In this document: one piece after another, positions 55,256 to 64,000 of the stretch | How the letters are laid out: the number at the start of each line of letters is the position of its first letter | How positions within the stretch are numbered: the stretch's first letter is position 1 | Program-made: the position numbers and the translations under genes | Notes under the pieces: generated by a model | The model's database searches: none | What the model was told of the DNA's origin: nothing | Seen by the model: the letters and a program-made list of their open reading frames with translations, nothing else | Assembly: GCA_040954595.2 (NCBI GenBank) | Contig: CM082592.2 | Span: 3,984,735 to 4,048,734 of the forward strand | DNA length: 64,000 bases | DNA from: Balanoglossus misakiensis | Taxonomy: Eukaryota > Animalia > Hemichordata | Direction of reading: 5' to 3'

Positions 55256-57215
55256 TCTGACGCTTTAATAAAACTAGTAAGATTACTTTGAATAATCCTG
55301 TAAAGACTCCTTGAAATATCACGTGGTTGGTTGTGTCGACTGTAGTCGAGAAAAGAATGAGATTTCAAAGATATGTTTTTGAATTTTCACATTTAAAGTA
55401 CAACTGTCCAGGGTTCATTTGAACGAGATGCCACTAAGTGGAGGTTTGTTGACACTCCTGTAGTTAATATTACTAAATGAATGAAATTTTCAAGAAGGAA
55501 AAGTTAAATTGGATAGTATGTAAAACTGCAAAAAACATGCATCTTTAACTTACGATTATGATATTATTCTGGCACATCACATTTACACTGATGGCAAATT
55601 TCTTGAAGTCAGCCATAAATATTTGATGACATCACACTTTGATGTTTCTGATTAATACATTATGAAGTTAAGTACGCTGATACAGTGCTGTGAATCCCCC
55701 CCCCCCCCCCCCCCCCCAGGGCATAAACATCCAATGCAAATAACACTGACTAATGATTGCACTCAAATGTGAGAAATAACAAAATCGAACTTCCTGACCA
55801 TTCTAAGCAGAAAAACAGAGATCCCCATCTTTGTTTGGTTTCCATGGTTATTACTACATGAATAGCAGGTTTATAGATGAACACTCATGACAGAAAAGAA
55901 AAACAAATATTTCATAAAATCTACATTCAGTGCTATATATTTTCGTGTCATATTTCCCAGTCCAAATAAAATAAATATTAACAAGAAAAACACGCGTCCC
56001 CTGCCGTCGATAACGGCATGTCGCTAGTTACTGATCAATATAATTGACGAGAGTTCATCAATCCTACATTAACGTGGCAATCAATGGATTATCAGTGTCA
56101 CTGCTAATAATATGTCTTGGGATGATGATTTGCGAGAAGTTCCTCGAAAGCAGTGCAGATGAAATAGTGAAAAAAAATTAATCACTCAATCAGTCGCTCC
56201 TCATAACACATCATTCGTTCACTGACTGTTTTTCTGTTATTCACATCAAGATCTGGCTAATATTCAACACATCCAGGTAGGAATTGATCTTTGGTAATAA
56301 TTATGGATCTGAAAAGAAAAAAAATGGAGGTTTACTTTAATATGTGACCTGTCACGAACACCTGTTTTTTCAGTATTTTGTACAATGACAAAATGACTTC
56401 TTAGGAGGAGATTTATTTAATAAGTAACATTAGGTTGTTTTTTCCCCCGAAAATATAGTTCAGCAAAATTAACACTCGTTTCAGAATGGATGACATAAAC
56501 TGAAATATCGTCCAGCTATAGTTAGTGTTGATTATCTGTATGGTGAGAGGTCTTGTTTACTTCTGGATAAGGTTAAAAAATCTGTAGTTATTTTTGAACA
56601 AGAATTTCTGAAAGAAGTAAGTAAAATGACAAAATTTTGGAATAGAACATTGTGCGAACTGTCATTGCAATTATTTTTAACATATTAGTATCTTTATTAT
56701 GAAAATTGAGATCATATTCTTAAGTAGAAGAGTGATTTTTTCAATTTGTTCGATTTCGTGAATACACATAATATTTAATAGCCTATTAAACTAAGAAAAT
56801 TCTAAAATACTAGTAGGATATATTTTGCAGGAATCAAAGACTATTTCGATAATCTGTTATCGTTGGACAATGTGGCAATTTTCCCCCCGTAATTTTGTGG
56901 TTATCGGGACTGATTTAGGATTTGTGAATTTCATATCAGACCTCTTTAGATCTTTGTCATTGATTCTTTGGCTTGCCTGAAATTTTGTGTGAGTAGTTTT
57001 TGAAAGAAAACCAGAGAAAAAAAGAAGAGAGAGAGAGAGAGAGAGAGCTCACCTTGTCAGACGAAGCGACAGCTTTGTGTGAAGAGCTTTTGTTACACGT
57101 GAAGGTTTGATGAATATGTCGCACAGACGCTAGGCCGCAGCACAATAAGTCCGTCTCAGACACGTTGGGAAGAAACGTGCGAAACGCGAAACTTCCCGCC
57201 AGCTATAATACAGAT

Positions 57216-57308
57216 TTAACCCTTTCACCACCATGGTTCAGTCCAAGCCATTGTCTTCTATGGCAAGGGTGGACCTCTGGAAGAGGGAACCGGGGGTGAA
57301 AGGGTTAA
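57216..57308. mobile_element. MITE family B copy
   Basis: TTAACCCTTTCACCACCATGGTTCAGTCCAA ... GGGGGTGAAAGGGTTAA; highly similar to 5669-5761. Confidence 0.85.
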
Positions 57309-57808
57309 AGATTAACGAAATGGGCATTATATCTATAAGACTTTGACAATGCTTAAATTATGTTAAAATATAAAAAGACAAAAAAAAATTGACTTCAGTG
57401 ATTGACGTTTGAGACTCTACCTTTATTAAATATGGCAGCATCGGTAATAACTACGAGTGTACCTATGACATTTCATGTGGACAGGGTATTTGGCTCTCAG
57501 AAAGTGGGTTGAGGTCTGCATAAATTATAATAACTAAGTTGTCTGGACGGTACATGTGTAGTGTGTGTGTGGTATATACACCACTGTGTTTAACCGATTC
57601 CATTGTGTACACCGTACGTAGTGTACCTATATATATATATACACTGTACATTGGAGGGTTTTTTTTTAAATCTCGTGCCCGTGGCAGCATGAGCACCATT
57701 ACCGCGCTGGACGCCGGCGGTGTGCGCCGACGTTGAAGATTATGAGCCGTTCCGGGAGTTTTTCCGCGTAGAGAGACAGGACGGATAGCGACCGCGCGCA
57801 AACCCACA

Positions 57809-57873
57809 ATGTACGGACAACAGCAGCACCCGTTCATGAGATACCACATGCGGAGGAGACGATACTGTCTCAG
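57809..57873 (+). CDS. Candidate alternative first coding exon D (MYGQQQHPFMRYHMRRRRYCL-S)
   Basis: Lies in a CpG-rich island (about 57670-57880). acaATG context, donor CAG|GTAGGA. Phase 2 matches the best frame of exon 63872. Confidence 0.55.
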
Positions 57874-59255
57874 GTAGGAGCCGTCAATGAACCCCCAAAA
57901 AAATCTCGACAGTCATTTCATAATCGTACGTCAGCAGGGCAGTTTAGCTCGCGTAGTCCGAAATTACAACTAACCCGTACTCTATTGGGACTTTTCTTAC
58001 GTTCATTGTCTTTATTTTTATAAAGTGAAGTAGTTTATAAGATTTGTTCCTTTGACTAGAAACCTACGGCATATGAATAAATTATTATTTTGCGCGCAGA
58101 AGAGCAGCTTAAGTGCTGCAATAATCCCTAATGAGTTTTACTTAGTGGTTTTAAATTAATAAGGATACTAAATTATGAAAAAAGCTAGTTTTTTCATGCG
58201 ATATTTACCAGAATATTACTTTTAGCTATTTAAGTACATCGCATTCATTACCAGTTCTCTGTTGGGGACTAATTTTATATTTGCAGAATTTGATCATGAA
58301 TTTAAAAAAAAATCTATGAAACTGTTAATATGTAAATAAAAGTCATTGGTAGTGGCATTGAATTAATAGAATTGGATTTTGAAGGAAAGATACAAATAAT
58401 CTCTCATTTGATCAAATTTATGGTAATTAGGTTGATTAGGGGTGTTGTGATCTAGGCAGATTGATGATGATAATTGATAGTACAGGATTAATTGAGTTGG
58501 TGATTTTGGGTCAGATTAGTTTTTGCGTTATTGCGGTTTGATTGACGCAGTTGCAAAGGAGATGCTGTGAGTGGATTTTGAAAGCGCGCTCATCAATTTT
58601 TAATTTGCATGCAGGCTGACGGAGCGACAATGTTGCACTGATTTTAGAAAAGAATTCTCGCAAGAAACATCACACCCGCAGTTACATATTAGACAGTCTT
58701 CATCTCTTGCGAAGAATCCTCTTTTTTCGAGTGGTTTTTCAAACCCTCAGATGATGCACACAGGTGGAAAACTTGTTGGGCTGATTCGGTCCTGCCACGG
58801 GAAGGATAGCAGCGTAAAAAAAGTTGTTCTTTAATAGATGGAAGTGTACACATTTCTGCGTTGCTAGATTCTTCAAGTCGGCCATTAATCAATAGCTCGG
58901 CAGTTCCTGTCAGGAAGTGTATACACAGCCAGTAGCAGGTGTTTCTTTCAAAAGCTACAAAAGCCCTTCCCGGTGTGTGTGTGTTTAACTTTCTGCATTA
59001 ATCCAATAACAAGCAAAGGTTAAATTATCGCGTGTGTATTTGCGAGATTGTGAATAAGTTATTTTTTTTTGTATAACTCTACTAGGTTGTCTTTTTGTTT
59101 TGCATTTTGTGTTCTTTGTTTTGTGTTCTATCAAAGTTATCAGGTTTTAGAGATAGGTGGGTGAGCAATTTAAAAAATATTGATATTTTTGCACTCTAAA
59201 TTTTTCTTACGTTGTAGGGCTTCCTGCATACAAATGAGAATTTGCATGTTACACC

Positions 59256-59876
59256 TACCGTAGGTTTGCCGGGTAAGAGCCCCGGGTGCTGGGCCAACAG
59301 ATTAGCGAAAAAACAGGGGGGGGCTTTAAGCCCGGATATGGCCTCGAGATTTATGCAAATGAGGGATGGCCACCTCGACTTTTATGCAAATTTTGAGTGG
59401 TTCATTCTCCGAGTCCAAGTCGGGATCTTCCAATGTTGGGTGTTTCGCGTCGAGGACGGACTGAAGCAGCTCCACGCGGCCGCTTTGGAAAGCTCCCGGT
59501 GACCTCACACGCGGCAGCGCGTCCATCTACGTGATCGTTGAATTCGAGGCACGGTCCCGAGGGACCTGTCTGAGGTCATGTTTTCTAGAGCGGCTATATA
59601 TAACTCAGCGTGGCCAGTCGGCCGCGGTGGGTACGATAATCAGCGCGAAAGTAAATCATCATACATTTTTTTTTCACTTTTAGTGACTTTGGGGATGAAA
59701 ATCCGCCTTTTTTGCATTGCACTTTATTAAATTTCCAAGAATTTAATGGATATTCGGCCGGGGGGGGGGGGGGGGGGGGGGCTTTAGACCGGATATGGCC
59801 TCGATCTACAAATGGGCCCTAAAACCAGGGGGGGGCGTTTGTCCGAGCAGGGGCTCTTACCCGGCAAACTACGGTA
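59256..59876. mobile_element. Non-autonomous pogo/mariner-like DNA transposon (~620 bp)
   Basis: TA|CCGTAGGTTTGCCGGGTAAGAGCCC ... GGGCTCTTACCCGGCAAACTACGG|TA, a TIR with one indel. The internal direct repeat G-run-CTTTA..CCGGATATGGCCTCGA occurs twice. No transposase ORF. Confidence 0.85.
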
Positions 59877-60863
59877 AATCATGCTACTGTTTCTGGTTAT
59901 CTTAAAATTTTACTTAGTTTATTTCTTGTTTTCTTAGTAAAAATCCACTGAGTTGTTCTTGTAAAGGCGTATGTTTTCATATCTCCTTCATGGTAAAGAA
60001 ATCTCAAGATTCTGGTCGTTCTCTCTATACTCTGAAAATGTACCAGGTACATGGCATGCTCTTGGTTAAAATTTGTTAAAATTAAATGAAGCCAAATTTC
60101 GGCAAGAATTTAAAAATTCACTGGTGTCATAAAATCGTGATGTGATGGATTTTTCGCATCTGACGAAGGAGACCACATGTCTCCGAAGCTTATATGCTCC
60201 AGCACAAATCAGAGTGCTATCAACTGTTAGTCTATATAGCAACTTTTAAAATGAAATATATTTTGAGGATAAACTACTTGAAACACTTTTGCTCGTGGAC
60301 ATTCATTTTGTCATGTCACGCAGCGACAGCCAGTTTCAATGCAGATTGTGGCAACACAATGTAAAGGAGATTTCAAAAACTTACAAAAAAATAAATAAAT
60401 ATTAAATAAATATTTTCCTGATAGTACATCTTGAACTGACAACACTGCTTGCAGTAGGAGTCATTCCATCTTCTCTGGGCAGACAACATGTTTTTGTGGT
60501 TGTAGTGTCTATTTAAACACGAGTCATAGTCTGACTGCTGCAGGCACCGTTTCTGTGTTAGTCCTTGCACTAATGGTTGTCTTTGTGATGGCACACACTA
60601 TAGTGTGATTGATCTGTGGTTTGGGTTTGACAACTCCCCCCCCCCCCCCCCCCCCCTCTGCTTCTCTGGTTCACCTTGAAACGAACCCTGATTTTTCACT
60701 TTACCCACTGACCAGAGCTTAAAACCATTCCATATCAAAATCAGAGATTAATACGGGGGAAATGTATTTGATCCGATTTTTTGATTAATTAAGCCTGTCA
60801 CTCTGAAATTGGTCTTAAAAATTGTGAGTAAAGTAGTGTGTCTGCTGTAGGATGATTTTCTGT

Positions 60864-60950
60864 TTAACCTTTTCACCACCATGGATTGTTCCAAATCCAT
60901 TGCCTTCTATTGTGTACTCGGATCTCTACACGCAGATACGGGGGTGGAAG
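60864..60950. mobile_element. MITE family B, degenerate copy
   Basis: TTAACCTTTTCACCACCATGG...GGATCTCT...GGGGGTGGAAG. Confidence 0.65.
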
Positions 60951-63871
60951 TGTACAACTGTGCTGAATTGAATCCGTCCAAACGAAATCTTGGGAGTAGT
61001 TGCGAAACTTAGAACCAACGCATGGAGGCAGGGAATTGTGTCATAAAATTTCAAGCAGATGTTCCACTTGGCATCTCTGTTGCAAACAGGCGTGGATTTC
61101 TTAACAACCTTAGAACTGTGAACATATATATTACTGCAGTTTTTTCACAAGTTTTAAAAAGAGACATATTTTACAGTCACTTGGACCTGTACGATTGAAT
61201 CATGCAAGATACATAATGGAACATTGGCCCGTATTTGGTTTCATAGTCACATGTTCAGAACTTTGGCCAGAGGATATTTGTATCATTAGAGCTGAACTCT
61301 CGTCATCATAGCCTATTAGGCACCTAATTTTAGAATAAAAATGAACTGCAGTCGAGTTATGAACACCATTCACATCAATGCCCTAATTTTGCGTCACTGC
61401 AGCTAATTATGTCATTATGCATATTATAAAACTGTAGTTCAAGCTACTCAATTAGGCATTCATAAATTGGACTTTTGTCTGTATAATTCAATGACCACCT
61501 GAGCATTGTTGCCATAGCAACTGTTGTCAAGAGTTCCGGCCACATGTTGTCAGGCAGTAGTAAAAAAAATATTAACAGAGAATTAAGAAAATATCGTATG
61601 ATATGTCATGTAATGGGTCTTATTCTCCATGTTCAAGCTCTTGATAAAATGTCAATTGAGAATCACCACAGCAACCAGTGTTGCCATTTTGATCAATTTT
61701 TACACAGCTGTTCCAGTCGTGATTTCTTTATATCACAACTGACCACCTCAGCCACAAATAGGTTTTGTCTCTCAAATTTGTCCGATAGTGAAAAAGGAAT
61801 AAAAACATACACAGTTGCACTTCCTATGCAGGACATGCATTGTGTTCAGTCTCCATAACTGAGTGACGGATAATTAGCATATCATTATAGAATTAGCATA
61901 TTCCATTTGATAGCCCATCTCTTCAGTCGGGTTATTAGCATAAGAATAGAGACCCAGCACAAAACATAGAAGGCTGTGGAATCGCTAATCGGGTTCATTG
62001 AATTATGTAATACTGCTTTTTGTGTGCAAAACTAGTGAAAATCAAGTCCCAAGTTAAAAAAAAAATTGAAATCTCATATATGGGAAATATTATGCAAACA
62101 TTTTAGTAGATTTGGGAAGATATATTTTACTGTAACACTTTAAATTGTGCTAATAATCCTTGTTTGAATTTTTTTTTGAGTTAGGACAGATCTCAGATGT
62201 GAGTTAACTTTCTGACATAATATATTCATAAGCGCATGTGCCCTTGCTGAGATTGTATACAGGCCACCTGTTGAATGCTATTTTTAATTTAGTTTTATTT
62301 TCACGTTTTATAAATCAGCGCATGCAAATCGAGCAGCGTTTATATTAGGTCAACCGTGACTGCCTTTCAGTGACTTCAATAATTGGTAAGTGGCTTGTCA
62401 ATGTCGTCTAAGCCAGGAAATCTCAGTCAGATTTAATTTTATTGCTGTCATTTCTGGTCAGTTTTATGTTGAATTCAATACAGGTTATGGTGAGTAAGAA
62501 AGGGTGTATCAATCAGGTGGTAAAATTATACAATAGATGTTTTCTTTGACTCAGTTTTTATCATCGTTTCAACCTAATTAAATTTAGTATAAACCCTGTT
62601 GGACAATACATTATTTGTATACAATTATATGCCTTGCATGGAGAAATAGAGAATTCAAAGTGAATATTTTCCGATAATTCTCACAGTGTTTCTGGTCTTA
62701 AGATTCACACAGTGTTAAAACTATCATTAATGGAATTTTCATTTCTCGATACAACATTTTCATGATACAGTTTGAGCATGCATTTAGTAACAAAGGCACT
62801 TTCTCCAAAGAGCAAGACTTTCTATGAGGAAAATTACAACAAAGCTTGTTCTGTTTGTCTTCAGTAGCAGATGCAGTGGTCTTTATCTACATAAGAGTTA
62901 GGGAAGTGCTGCCACTGTATTTCAGCACAGACAGGCATGTAGGATCAGAGTGCCTGATGTGTATAGTGTTTAGAAGTATAACTGGTAGAGTTAATAAATT
63001 CATTCACTCAATCAATGATATATTTTGGGAAGTAATTTACTAGATTTCTTATTTAGTTTTGAGTCCTTGTGCAAGATAATATCTGCGTCTCTTTCCCTCT
63101 GCAGTTACTAATTTTCAGTATCTTTTAATGTCTTCATTTGCAATTCTTATCTTGATAAAAATCACACGATTTGTAATGTCAGGGGCAGACCAGAGGCTGA
63201 TCCTGTATGATCAATGAGTGTGGTGTCGCCCTGGGGATGTTAAATGTACATGATCTTTAATACATATAGTTAATACAAGATGCTGTCGGAGCAAATAAAT
63301 CCGGCCAGCTGTGCTTATGATGAGTCAGGTAATCATAGATAGGCAGTATTGCAAATACAATGTGCGCATCTGTATGTATAGAAAATTTTGGGCAAAATCA
63401 ACAGAATAGCATGTGGTGGTTTTTTAGGACTGGCAACAAAGGCAAACCCAGTGGTTCTGTCACTATCTGCTCTAGTGTTCCTGCCATTAACTATTGCACT
63501 AGGAATTCTCTGGCCTATTGAAATATAAAATAGCAATTTCATTATCGTAGTTTGTTTAATATAGACAATCCGATGACTTATAGAACTTGGTTGTTTGAAG
63601 TCAGTCTTGTTAAATATACGGTAGTTCTACATAATTTAGGAATCTGTTAAGATATCTCAGACTCTTCTCTTCCACCAGTTACTTTTCTGGCCTAGTTAGT
63701 TGCCCAAAGAATATTACAACATCGATGTTGCTACATGTAATGGATTGATATATAATACTACCGGTATGTCTTTATTCAGATATTAGGTGTTTTTCGGTGT
63801 TTTCAGTCATTAGGTGTGTAATTTACTGACGCCATCAGGTAATTTAACCGCTTGTCGTTTTTCGTACACAG

Positions 63872-64000
63872 TCATGCCAGCCCTGATCAGCGTGAACAGC
63901 TGGCTGACCAGCTGGAGCAGCGACACCACGTCGCGGGTCAGACGAGTGTCGGGAAACACGGCGACTCGACGTCGTCGCTGGAGAGTTTTGACTTTCAGAG
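63872..64000 (+). CDS. Coding exon truncated by the window end (HASPDQREQLADQLEQRHH...DSTSSLESFDFQ)
   Basis: TTTTTCGTACACAG acceptor and an abrupt GC rise. The phase-2 frame is open and natural-looking; the phase-1 frame is open but Trp/Arg-rich, as expected of a shifted frame. Confidence 0.75.

Larger units (their letters stand above)
21125..64000 (+). other. Large multi-exon, multi-promoter gene (5' portion) for an acidic, Ser/Pro-rich, likely disordered scaffold-type protein; continues past the window
   Basis: Chain of GT-AG exons with matching phases and an open frame from 23898 to 53408 (about 884 codons), plus an exon at 63872. No recognisable domain lies within the window. Confidence 0.8.

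Noticed and set aside
63280-63334. MLSEQINPASCAYDES|GTAATC phase-1 mini exon
   Set aside because: It would force exon 63872 into its Trp/Arg-rich shifted frame.

Overview
AT-rich eukaryotic (animal) genomic DNA; intron style and transposon types suggest a marine invertebrate, but that is inference. Most of the window (about 21 kb to the right edge) is the 5' part of one large spliced gene on the + strand. I reconstructed 11 GT-AG exons from 23898 to 53408 that join in frame (2653 nt, about 884 codons). They encode an acidic, Ser/Pro-rich, probably disordered protein with about 8 dispersed copies of a short amphipathic-helix motif (best form SDxESVxTED[FY]ExxF[RH]xx[MV]). I recognise no catalytic domain and give no gene symbol. 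There are at least three further candidate alternative first coding exons (21125, 43911, 57809); the one at 21125 would add an N-terminal hydrophobic anchor. There are also an in-frame alternative donor, possible microexons, and an exon running off the window end. The non-coding DNA holds several non-autonomous DNA transposons: a TA-flanked MITE family (4 full copies), a TTAA-flanked ~93-bp MITE family (6 copies), a very young 387-bp foldback element with 131-bp TIRs and a 9-bp TSD, a pogo/mariner-like element and a Harbinger-like remnant. It also has microsatellites and recurrent RFX X-box-like motifs. No rRNA, tRNA, CRISPR array or autonomous transposase was seen, and nearly all ORFs in the supplied track are spurious.
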